20,000 nt of DNA from an uncultured virus (IMG/VR IMGVR_UViG_3300029305_011999). Its lineage: Duplodnaviria; Heunggongvirae; Uroviricota; Caudoviricetes. Under the pieces are notes generated by a model. That model saw only the letters and a list, made by a program, of their open reading frames with translations, had not been told where the DNA came from and did no database searches. The stretch lies in the IMG/VR virus record IMGVR_UViG_3300029305_011999, one strand, 5' to 3'. Of this stretch, positions 7,756 to 16,045 are shown one piece after another. Positions within the stretch are counted from its first letter, which is position 1; each line of letters starts with the position of its first letter. Made by a program: the position numbers and the translations under genes.

Positions 7756-9576
7756 ATGGGATTTTTCGATGATATTTTCGGTCAGCCCTTCGGCGGAATG
7801 TTTGATTTCAACGGAGATGGTAAAACCGATTTTGGCGAAGAATGGGTCGGTTATATGATTATAAACGACTGTATGAAGGAAGAAGAAAAACGCAATTCTT
7901 CTTCGTCTGGCAGTTATTATGGCGGAAGCACAGCACTCTTCGATTCCGAGGATGACGATTCATTTGATGATGACTTCATAGATCCCGTGGATTCACCTAT
8001 CGTACATAGTGATGATAGTTGGAAGATATACTGTGAAGACGGTTCGGATTACGGTCTTGACCCCGACGACTTTGACACCGAGGAAGATTACCTCGAAGCA
8101 CTTGCCGAGGCCAAATTAATTCATGGTGATGTTCCGTACTATGGTGGAGATGAAGTAGCCGGCGAAGTTTCGGCTACGCTTCCATTGAAGCTCACGTTTG
8201 AGATTACATACCCCGGCAAGGAGCAGTTAGAAGCCATCAATGAATCGGATTACCCCAACAAGCGTACCTACAGAGCCGCCTACGGTCTTTGTGAGTTGGA
8301 ACACGGAAATCCGTATATCCCTTCCGACTCTACCAAAGAGAAAGAGGCTGAAAGGTTCAGCTTTATACTGTCCGGCAACTGTATTGCTGCCAAGTATTTA
8401 ACCCCATATGATGGTTTTCTATATGCACAGGCAATTAAGGAAAACTTCACCCTGCCAATTTCTTTTGATGATGAGGATGAAGAGTCGACCGTTTGGTTCC
8501 CGGATGTCTTTATGGAATTAGCCGAAGAGGACCCCGCGTTGGCTGTTGAAGTATGGGCTTGGGTCGTTAAGGAGTTTGGTCCCTATCAGCAGTACATGAA
8601 AACAAAGCCGACCATTTACTCTTATATCAGCTCATCAACAGATGAATATCCTCCTGAATTTTTAAATATTGCTATTGATAGGCTTGGTAGCGATGTTGCT
8701 TTCAGCGAGGCGTTGTTGAGTCGAAGCCCCGAGTTAATGTATGGTATAGCATCATTTATCATAAGGGCACTTGAAACTAACAAAACAAAAGAAGCACAGA
8801 TTATTTTTACGTCATTTATGCTCAACCCCAAAGTAAAGGGCAAGGATGCTGAAAACTTCATCAATTCTATCATTTCTCAATGCTCCAATTGGGATGAACT
8901 CGAAACGATGGAGGCATTCAAGTTCTATATTCTTCCCATCGTGAAAAAGGTTACTGACAAGCGAATTCAGCGCCTTCTTCCGAAAATTATTGAAGAGGTT
9001 GACCATTATATAACTTCGGTTGAATCTTCCGAAGAAAAATATCAATACACTCGTTCCTTCGCTTGGAGAAACAATTATATCAACGATGAAAGCGGTCTCG
9101 ATCCATTAGACTATAAAACCGAAGAGGAATACAAAAAAGCAGTAGAAGAAGCAAAATACCGCTGGCGTCGTTGGCACAGCGAAGCAAAAAGATATAACCT
9201 TGATGTAAACGACTATGAAACAGAGGAAGAATACAACAAGGTTCTCCAACTGAAACGTGCTGAAGAACAAGAAGCTCGCCGTAAAGAGCAGGAAGAGCGT
9301 CGCAGAGAGCGAATGACCCCAGCACCAGACCCATTGGCGGCAACCGACAAAACCATTTATAGTTTCTGCTCCGTTATTTTCCAATCTACCACACAACCAT
9401 ACAGCTACTTAACCGGAGATATCGATGTAAAAATCGGCGATAAGGTTCTTGTCCCCGTTGGCAACGAAGGAAAAGAAGTTGTTGCAACGGTTGTATCCAT
9501 ATCACAGCATATGCGATTAACAGCTCCTTATTCTGTGGATAAAGCAAGGACAATCATAAAGAAAATCGAAGATTAA
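7756..9576 (+). CDS. Acidic hypothetical protein with DxNxDG motif, three LD[PV]xD[FY]xTEE[DE]Y repeats and a shared C-terminal beta-rich domain, 606 aa
   Basis: Strong RBS GAGGAGGTGA (7742-7751); long ORF; motifs read directly from the translation. Confidence 0.85.
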   Translation: MGFFDDIFGQPFGGMFDFNGDGKTDFGEEWVGYMIINDCMKEEEKRNSSSSGSYYGGSTALFDSEDDDSFDDDFIDPVDSPIVHSDDSWKIYCEDGSDYGLDPDDFDTEEDYLEALAEAKLIHGDVPYYGGDEVAGEVSATLPLKLTFEITYPGKEQLEAINESDYPNKRTYRAAYGLCELEHGNPYIPSDSTKEKEAERFSFILSGNCIAAKYLTPYDGFLYAQAIKENFTLPISFDDEDEESTVWFPDVFMELAEEDPALAVEVWAWVVKEFGPYQQYMKTKPTIYSYISSSTDEYPPEFLNIAIDRLGSDVAFSEALLSRSPELMYGIASFIIRALETNKTKEAQIIFTSFMLNPKVKGKDAENFINSIISQCSNWDELETMEAFKFYILPIVKKVTDKRIQRLLPKIIEEVDHYITSVESSEEKYQYTRSFAWRNNYINDESGLDPLDYKTEEEYKKAVEEAKYRWRRWHSEAKRYNLDVNDYETEEEYNKVLQLKRAEEQEARRKEQEERRRERMTPAPDPLAATDKTIYSFCSVIFQSTTQPYSYLTGDIDVKIGDKVLVPVGNEGKEVVATVVSISQHMRLTAPYSVDKARTIIKKIED

Positions 9577-9590
9577 AGGATGGTGATAAC

Positions 9591-10139
9591 ATGAAAAGAA
9601 CAACAAAAATCGTTTTGCTTTGCATTTTTATTCCTTGTGAAGCGTTCTTCTGCCTTGCAACACTTGTTGCTCTCTTCATGTTCCCTCCGGTTGGTTTTGT
9701 GGGGTTGGCAGCAAGCACACTGTATATGCTTGTTATAATTTCCATATTCCAATCCCTCAAAGGCAAGAAGCCTATCCTGAATTTATTTAGAGAAGGCACA
9801 AAGACTTGCAAGAAATGCGGTACCACATACGAAAAGGCGAAGTACTACGGATGCCCAAAATGTGCCGAAGAAAAACGAAAAAATCAGCCTCCTATGCCTA
9901 CGTTTCAAGAAATGCAGGCGGCCAGACGAGCAAGAAAAGCTCGTAAAAATGCGTTTTGGGAAGCTGTCGGCACGATTGCCATATTTGATGAATTAACCCG
10001 TCCAAAAGAGAAAAAACAGGATATGTGGGCAAGAATGGACAACGATGGTTATATCGACCACGACCCTGGTAATCACGACGTGGATGAATCGGGCTACTGC
10101 ATTGATTGTGATAACAATGTCGAGGATATGATGCAATGA
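9591..10139 (+). CDS. Membrane protein (two N-terminal hydrophobic helices) with Zn-ribbon, 182 aa
   Basis: Hydrophobic residues ~7-54; CKKC...CPKC; C-terminal H..H..CIDC; RBS-like AGGATGGTGA upstream. Confidence 0.75.
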   Translation: MKRTTKIVLLCIFIPCEAFFCLATLVALFMFPPVGFVGLAASTLYMLVIISIFQSLKGKKPILNLFREGTKTCKKCGTTYEKAKYYGCPKCAEEKRKNQPPMPTFQEMQAARRARKARKNAFWEAVGTIAIFDELTRPKEKKQDMWARMDNDGYIDHDPGNHDVDESGYCIDCDNNVEDMMQ

Positions 10140-10387
10140 GTAATAGTGCGGCCGGATATAAATTCAAAGAGATTAGATGCCCTTCGTGCAGACACATCTT
10201 TACCTGGTTAAAAGAACCACCTGGCAGTAGTTACTGTGTGTACAGAAGAAAAGGTGTAGATGAAGAGCTTTTTAGTACCGTTTGCCCCCAATGCGGCATT
10301 GAGATGGTTGTGCCGGAAGATTCGCACGATGGCATATCTATTGAGGATAACAGTATTGAGTTGCGTGGTACACTACGTGGAATATAA
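10136..10387 (+). CDS. Small Zn-ribbon hypothetical protein, 83 aa
   Basis: CPSC...CPQC; ATGA start/stop overlap with the upstream gene at 10136-10139. Confidence 0.7.
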   Translation: MSNSAAGYKFKEIRCPSCRHIFTWLKEPPGSSYCVYRRKGVDEELFSTVCPQCGIEMVVPEDSHDGISIEDNSIELRGTLRGI

Positions 10388-10421
10388 CTGCTAACGACCC
10401 ACAGAGTGAGGTGAAACGAGA

Positions 10422-10940
10422 ATGGAATTAACGACAGAACGTCTTGTAATCCGCGAGACGACCTATGAAGAAACAAAGCATATTAGTGCCGAAAACGGCG
10501 AAGACTCTGTGGACAAATTTCTCGCCTCGCTCACCGATGATGACGTGGCGATTATCTTCCAGGACAAAGAAGCTGTATCCAATCTCCTTACTCGTTTCAG
10601 TAACAGCATAGGAGACGGCAGTAGCGAAATCTATGGTGCGTGGGATAATGAAGATCTCATAGGATTCATTGCCGTTGTTAATGGTGAATCCGGCACTCCC
10701 GAACTGCAAATAGAAATTGCTCCGAAGCATCAAAACAAGGGCTATGGTTTTGAGTTCTTAAACGCCTTGATACCATATCTCTTTTGCCACAGAAATTTTA
10801 AATACATTCAGTACACCGTTTTACCAAACAACGCTGCAAGTATCTCGTTAATCACAAAAATCGGTGCAACATTGCAAGAACCAAAGAGCGAAGCCGAAAG
10901 GCGACTTATTCGCACATACCATATAAACAAACCCCTGTGA
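10422..10940 (+). CDS. GNAT N-acetyltransferase, RimJ/RimL-like, 172 aa
   Basis: N-terminal LTTERLVIR, acetyl-CoA loop IAPKHQNKGYG, NNAASISLITKIG; RBS GAGGTGA. Confidence 0.85.
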   Translation: MELTTERLVIRETTYEETKHISAENGEDSVDKFLASLTDDDVAIIFQDKEAVSNLLTRFSNSIGDGSSEIYGAWDNEDLIGFIAVVNGESGTPELQIEIAPKHQNKGYGFEFLNALIPYLFCHRNFKYIQYTVLPNNAASISLITKIGATLQEPKSEAERRLIRTYHINKPL

Positions 10941-10972
10941 AATGTTAACATTGAGAAAGCGAGGTGTATTAG

Positions 10973-11848
10973 GTGATTATAGAATTCCCAGAGAATTTTG
11001 TTGGCGAGATTGAGAAGATTACAATTATTTCAAGCCCGTGTATGGATTTATGCCCCGTCGGCGGCGGATATGAGTACGAACAGAAGCTCACAATAAACTC
11101 TTCCGGCAAGGTCACCTTTACATCAAAAGAGTGGTCTAATCCTTTTCCTGTTAGGATTAGTGAGGGCCGTTGGCGCAAAGCATCTCTCCCCAAGGAACAA
11201 GCTAAAGAATTACTTGAAACAATCATTAAGCCCTTTAAGGACTATAAATTTCAAGGCTATGCAATGGACGTCGGCTCTTGGGAGCTTACCGCTTACAACA
11301 CGGATGGCGATACTTTTAGATACATTGGCTCATTGCTCCCTGACGAATTTGAGGAAGCCGAAGAAATCTCCTATTTTGTTAGAAACGAATTAATGATGCC
11401 GGACCTGTATGTGTTTGATGGACAGCGTGGCTATGACCGCACTCAATATATTTATTTGAGCGTGAGGTTTGGAGATTGCGGTAAAACATACTATTACCGA
11501 ACTGAAGATGTTTCTATCCAGGTTGGCGACCAGGTTGTCGTCCCCGTTGGTAATGACGGAACGGAACGAATTGTTGATGTCGTAAAGGTACAGCAATTTT
11601 CGGAAGACACCGTTCCAATGCCGCTTGAAAAAGTGAAAACCATAATTGAAAAGTTTGTACATCCCATCGCAGACGAAAGTGGTCGTAAGATGATTTACTG
11701 CCCAATTTGCGAAAAGGAAATTGATACAGAGGATTGCTACGATATCCTCTATGACCCCCTTGTAAGAAATGTTCCTGGATTAATATCCGAAGAAGAAATA
11801 AATGCCAAAAGTGATGTTTGCAACCGCTGCCGATATCACGATGAATAA
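10973..11848 (+). CDS. Hypothetical protein with the shared beta-rich domain and a C-terminal Cys/His cluster, 291 aa
   Basis: GTG start after GAGGTG (10961-10966); shared domain at 11447-11653; C-terminal CPIC...C...CNRCRYH. Confidence 0.8.
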   Translation: MIIEFPENFVGEIEKITIISSPCMDLCPVGGGYEYEQKLTINSSGKVTFTSKEWSNPFPVRISEGRWRKASLPKEQAKELLETIIKPFKDYKFQGYAMDVGSWELTAYNTDGDTFRYIGSLLPDEFEEAEEISYFVRNELMMPDLYVFDGQRGYDRTQYIYLSVRFGDCGKTYYYRTEDVSIQVGDQVVVPVGNDGTERIVDVVKVQQFSEDTVPMPLEKVKTIIEKFVHPIADESGRKMIYCPICEKEIDTEDCYDILYDPLVRNVPGLISEEEINAKSDVCNRCRYHDE

Positions 11849-11867
11849 ATAAATGAGGAGAATTGCT

Positions 11868-12026
11868 ATGTCTGATAATTTCACAATCAAAAAAACCGAA
11901 AAGGAAACCAAAAACGGAAAAACCATTACTATTGATATCAAACGCACTGATAGCGAAAGCACCACTATTAGCGGGGATATTGAAAGCGTGGTCGAGCAAC
12001 TGAAGCAGATGAAAAACGAGGAATAG
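11868..12026 (+). CDS. Small hypothetical protein, 52 aa (absent from the ORF track)
   Basis: GAGGAG RBS (11855-11860), ATG 11868, TAG 12024-12026: MSDNFTIKKTEKETKNGKTITIDIKRTDSESTTISGDIESVVEQLKQMKNEE. Fills the gap between co-oriented neighbours. Confidence 0.65.
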   Translation: MSDNFTIKKTEKETKNGKTITIDIKRTDSESTTISGDIESVVEQLKQMKNEE

Positions 12027-12058
12027 TTCACTTCTGCGAAGAAAAGGAGCTAAAACAA

Positions 12059-12346
12059 ATGGATAATTACGAAGCAATAATGAAAATGGATCGAGAGCAT
12101 TTGGCCGCTTTCCTTGATGATGTGTATGTCACAGGACTAAATAATGGATTATATGCAGCTATGCAGGATGAAGAAAAACAGGATAAGGTTCTCGATGAAT
12201 TCCCCTATGGAGAAGAGTGGTTAGCTGCAGAGGCCGAAAATGCCACCCTCTACAAACGTGCCGATGACGGAGATGTTTATCTTCTTGATGCAAGTGTTGC
12301 TGCGACAATACGATTGGCAGGGATAGAAAATGAAGAAGAAAACTAA
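12059..12346 (+). CDS. Acidic hypothetical protein, 95 aa
   Basis: AAGGAG RBS upstream; co-oriented with the array; overlaps the next gene by 17 bp. Confidence 0.7.
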   Translation: MDNYEAIMKMDREHLAAFLDDVYVTGLNNGLYAAMQDEEKQDKVLDEFPYGEEWLAAEAENATLYKRADDGDVYLLDASVAATIRLAGIENEEEN

Positions 12347-12893
12347 ACTTTTTGTTGCACTCCTTTGCTGCATCCTACTCCCGCTTGTCGTTGCAGGTTG
12401 CACATCAGCAAGCAACAAAGATACATCTACGGATTCTTCAAATGAGAGTATTTCCAATGTTGGAGGGGCTGACGGTCCCACCAACATAACAATAGAGGAA
12501 AAAATGCTTATTTCTTCTGATGAGTATTATGCCTTCTTATCAAATGCTGCCGATGTAGGAATCGAGAACACAATTTTTAACAAGTATTCCGTTGACGTTG
12601 GAGAATATCCTTACTACGAAATGGTTTTTGTTGTTTCGGAAGATGTGGAAGATAATGAATTTTATTCCTCTGCTGAAGCAATCGCAAAAAACATTTACAA
12701 CGAGCTGATTTCAAAAGAGTACGAAGCACCGGCATTCTATATATACTCATTTGATATCGTCTCAATCGAGTTTTATACAGAGGCATATCGCAATACAGGT
12801 GCAAACTGCACATACCAATTTGATGTAGATGAAATGGACCCCGCTAAGACCTTTGAGGAGAACGCTTTTGCGATATTAAAACCTCAAGGATAA
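12330..12893 (+). CDS. Putative lipoprotein carrying a GGADGPT motif, 187 aa
   Basis: Basic N-terminus, hydrophobic core and lipobox VAG|C; Ser/Thr-rich linker; VGGADGPT at 12459-12482. Confidence 0.8.
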   Translation: MKKKTKLFVALLCCILLPLVVAGCTSASNKDTSTDSSNESISNVGGADGPTNITIEEKMLISSDEYYAFLSNAADVGIENTIFNKYSVDVGEYPYYEMVFVVSEDVEDNEFYSSAEAIAKNIYNELISKEYEAPAFYIYSFDIVSIEFYTEAYRNTGANCTYQFDVDEMDPAKTFEENAFAILKPQG

Positions 12894-12928
12894 TTGTTCG
12901 TGCTAAAACGAAAAAAGGATAGATTTAT

Positions 12929-13363
12929 ATGAGAAGATACTATGGCGAGGAATATGGCCAAACAAAACGCCTCAAACCCGGCAATCCCCAATTAGAGACG
13001 CTTGACGATCTCTTTAACATTTTGTTAGAATGCTGGGCACAAGAAACTGCGTATCCTTCCTGCCAGGCAGAATGGGTGCCAAATGACCCCACATACGGGC
13101 AATGTGCGATTACGGCAATGCTCGTGTACGATATGTTCGGTGGATCTATTCATCGCATTCGTGTAGATGGCGGTGGAACGCACTACTTTAACAAGCTCAA
13201 CGGGCATTATATCGACCTTACCATTAATCAGTTTGACCTATATAATATTCCTGTCGAGTATGAGCCAAACGAAGAAATGGACAGAAAATATTGTGGTAAA
13301 AACAAAGATACGCAAAACAGATTTGAACTCCTTATAAGAAAAATCGCAGAAAAGATAAAATAG
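12929..13363 (+). CDS. yunG: YunG-like protein (putative Cys-His-Asp catalytic triad), 144 aa
   Basis: W..ET....W...DPTYGQCAITAMLVYDMFGG.I...THYFN...IDLTINQF matches my recollection of the Bacillus YunG family pattern; AAGGA RBS upstream. Confidence 0.7.
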   Translation: MRRYYGEEYGQTKRLKPGNPQLETLDDLFNILLECWAQETAYPSCQAEWVPNDPTYGQCAITAMLVYDMFGGSIHRIRVDGGGTHYFNKLNGHYIDLTINQFDLYNIPVEYEPNEEMDRKYCGKNKDTQNRFELLIRKIAEKIK

Positions 13364-13393
13364 AACATCGACAATTAAGGGAGAATAATAAAT

Positions 13394-13624
13394 ATGCCTG
13401 ACGGTGGAGATTACCATGCATTTAATAGCACCAGCGGCGGCTCGGGTGGCAGCGGTGGTGGCAGTGGTGGCGGTGGCTTTGGCTGTGCCACATGGGTAGT
13501 AATAGGGATTGTCGTTTTTTTCTTAATATCATTCATTGCTGACGGCGCAAGCTGGGATGCAATTGATACATTATTGGGTTTTGGACTCATCATTTTTCTT
13601 TTTGTAAGATGGCTTGGTGGGTAA
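13394..13624 (+). CDS. Small Gly-rich membrane protein with two hydrophobic helices, 76 aa
   Basis: GGGAG RBS; SGGSGGSGGGSGGGGFG linker followed by two hydrophobic segments. Confidence 0.7.
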   Translation: MPDGGDYHAFNSTSGGSGGSGGGSGGGGFGCATWVVIGIVVFFLISFIADGASWDAIDTLLGFGLIIFLFVRWLGG

Positions 13625-13651
13625 AATTATCATCTATGGGAGGCGTTTTGC

Positions 13652-14332
13652 ATGGGATGGTTTGGACGTTCTAAAAGGAAGAACGATGATCGATATATAT
13701 GCAGCGATGAGGATTTTGTTTATGGCAAGGAAGCAGACAAATATCCTGATACACTGAAATTGATGTATGCACAAGAGCGTGGACGTGTTCTTTTTGAAAG
13801 CATAGATCTTATATCAAAAACCGTGTATCCAAAAACATTTTTTTCAAGATATAAAACCGCAATCCGAGAAGCGAAAACAATAATTAGATTAAGCAAAGGT
13901 TATGACTCGGAAAAGGAAATGAAAAAAATACTTGACGAGCTATATGACAGTAAATCTGAAATATTTAATGATTTCTTTAATAGATGCGATGATGCTGGTA
14001 AATTGCCTTTTGTAAAAGATGAAATCATCGCACATAGAGCAGAAATACCTGAAGATAGCTATGAATTTTTCGAAGGATTATTAGATTGTCTCACCGATGA
14101 ATATGACGAAGAAGAATATATTTTCTGTAGTGTTATTTTCGCTGAAGGTGGTCGCACCTATTATTATCTAACAAATGAAGATGATATACGTTGCGGTGAT
14201 TTTGTTCTTGTTCCAGTAGGTAAAGCCGGCAGAACAGAAAAAGGACGCGTGATTAAAATAGAGGTATTTAAAGGAAATAACGCACCGATACCTGTAGAAA
14301 GCCTCAAATATATTATAGAAAGAGTGAAGTAG
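13652..14332 (+). CDS. Hypothetical protein with the shared C-terminal beta-rich domain, 226 aa
   Basis: GGGAGG RBS; shared domain at 14117-14329; AT-rich coding sequence. Confidence 0.8.
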   Translation: MGWFGRSKRKNDDRYICSDEDFVYGKEADKYPDTLKLMYAQERGRVLFESIDLISKTVYPKTFFSRYKTAIREAKTIIRLSKGYDSEKEMKKILDELYDSKSEIFNDFFNRCDDAGKLPFVKDEIIAHRAEIPEDSYEFFEGLLDCLTDEYDEEEYIFCSVIFAEGGRTYYYLTNEDDIRCGDFVLVPVGKAGRTEKGRVIKIEVFKGNNAPIPVESLKYIIERVK

Positions 14333-14333
14333 T

Positions 14334-14534
14334 ATGAGCGAAAAGAAAATACAGACAGCATTAACTTTTGATGAACTATATGAAATAGCCTCTAAGGCCG
14401 TAATTGAAAAGAAAAGGCGCGGTGAAGAATTGTCCGCAACTGAACTCGATTTATTGTTCGAGCAAGTGTCCGGCGACGCTGCCGTTGACCTGGCTAATGC
14501 AATGTCAGGTATGCCTATACCAAATAAAAAATAA
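14334..14534 (+). CDS. Small hypothetical protein, 66 aa
   Basis: Starts 1 bp after the upstream TAG; fills the gap in the co-oriented array. Confidence 0.6.
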   Translation: MSEKKIQTALTFDELYEIASKAVIEKKRRGEELSATELDLLFEQVSGDAAVDLANAMSGMPIPNKK

Positions 14535-14581
14535 CATTCTTCCGTTGGAAATAGAATGACACAGTAAGGATGTGAGAGAAA

Positions 14582-16045
14582 GTGAATAACTCCGCAAATG
14601 GGTCGGTTGTATTGCTTGACCTGAATGTCGATGAAGGGCAATTTGATTTTGCCACCTCTATACAGGACGCTATGATTCGCGCTGATGCGGAGATAGCTTC
14701 ACTGAACGAGACTATACAATCCTTTGAAAATATTAAACCACAGTGTGACAAATTAGATTATATTTTAGCCGCAAGCTCGGGTGCTTTATGTGGAGTAATT
14801 GACATCTTTCTTGTTGGCAAACCGGGTGAATCTCCTATTGGGAATATCACAGATAAATGGTTTGCGGACAGAACACGGGATTTTGCCAAATTATGCGACC
14901 CCGAACATAGAGAGTTTGGAGATCTAAGCTCTGCATTAAAGTTCCTTGAAGAAAAATTTAAAATTCCATATGACCAAACCGGACTTCATGGTGCAAGCAG
15001 AGAGGTGTTCGACCTAACGCCCAGCAACCACCATTTTAAATCCTTGGCACATAACCCGAGTTTGGTCGGATTGTTTTTTTCCATTCTTGACCAGTTCAGC
15101 AACACATCACATTTTGTTACTGACGGAGAATTGATTTCGTTAATTGACGCAAAACCTGGATGGGAGCTAAAGGGCAATAATATACCGGCAAAATTGTTCT
15201 GTGGCCTTGTGAATTGGGTTGGGCATCTCATTTCCGATGTGTCTGGTTCTTCTACAAGTGCCGCCAAGGGAAACAGAGGCACTGGGCTACCATCTCCATT
15301 ATGGACATGGACAAATGATATTATTGCCATAAAACGCTCCCTCAATTTGCCCGTAAGTGAAACCGATAAATCGATGAATCAATTAGCCTTGGATATTTTT
15401 AAGCAAGGCTACGATACCCGTTTTCAAACAGCACAGGCAATTCCTGTCTTCATAAATGAATTACTCGTTCGGTTTATTTACTCAATTAGAAGACTTTTTA
15501 GATATTTTAAAGAGACGCCTAAAGAAGATCGCTCGTTCTCGTTGCTTTGGAAAAAATGTGAGCCTTTTTCTAACCCCACAGTAAAGCGGATGCTTACGGT
15601 TGCCCATGGAACATTCTGTTTGGTTGACATTGGAGAAGCCGTAGGAAGAGGGTTTGCTACTGGCGGTGGCTCATTTAATGTTGTTGAATTTGTCCTTCGT
15701 CTTAACGTTGTTGGAGTAGGTCGTTTCACTATCTCTTTATATGGAGAAGCAAGACGAGCCATCTCCTATAGCTACGCAAAACGTGAAGCCGAATTTGCTT
15801 CACGAAAAATAACCATAGTTAACAACTACATAGAGGGATTAAAGATATTATCTCTCAAATATAATGATGAAACATTATTAACATTCATTGCTGACTTGAA
15901 GAAGAGCGATGCATATAAGTTGGCTTTTGAAAAATCGGTAGCATTGGCAGAATTAAGAGGTGTATCTGACTCCAAAATTCTAAAAAATAAATCCGATATA
16001 GATAATTACTTCGGAGGAAATAAAAATGGCAAAAAAGCTAACTAA
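14582..16045 (+). CDS. Hypothetical protein with several hydrophobic/amphipathic segments, 487 aa
   Basis: Long ORF with GTG start (exact start uncertain). Segments DYILAASSGALCGVIDIFLVG, HHFKSLAHNPSLVGLFFSILDQF and WVGHLISDVSGS. Overlaps the next gene by 20 bp. Confidence 0.8.
   Translation: MNNSANGSVVLLDLNVDEGQFDFATSIQDAMIRADAEIASLNETIQSFENIKPQCDKLDYILAASSGALCGVIDIFLVGKPGESPIGNITDKWFADRTRDFAKLCDPEHREFGDLSSALKFLEEKFKIPYDQTGLHGASREVFDLTPSNHHFKSLAHNPSLVGLFFSILDQFSNTSHFVTDGELISLIDAKPGWELKGNNIPAKLFCGLVNWVGHLISDVSGSSTSAAKGNRGTGLPSPLWTWTNDIIAIKRSLNLPVSETDKSMNQLALDIFKQGYDTRFQTAQAIPVFINELLVRFIYSIRRLFRYFKETPKEDRSFSLLWKKCEPFSNPTVKRMLTVAHGTFCLVDIGEAVGRGFATGGGSFNVVEFVLRLNVVGVGRFTISLYGEARRAISYSYAKREAEFASRKITIVNNYIEGLKILSLKYNDETLLTFIADLKKSDAYKLAFEKSVALAELRGVSDSKILKNKSDIDNYFGGNKNGKKAN

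Noticed and set aside
10941..10952. Perfect 12-bp palindrome AATGTTAACATT in an intergenic gap
   Set aside because: Several such palindromes are expected by chance in 20 kb; no second copy or promoter was noticed.
12459..12482. oadB (Na+-translocating decarboxylase beta subunit) gene or pseudogene
   Set aside because: Only the short motif is present; the rest is a soluble acidic lipoprotein and no alpha/gamma subunit genes are nearby.
13433..13477. GGC/GGT-rich low-complexity tract
   Set aside because: Explained by the Gly/Ser linker it encodes; codons vary, so it is not a true tandem repeat.
14535..14558. Imperfect hairpin CATTCTTCC-GTT-GGAAATAGAATG
   Set aside because: Bulged, AT-rich and without a U-tract; too weak to call a terminator and too short for an attC site.
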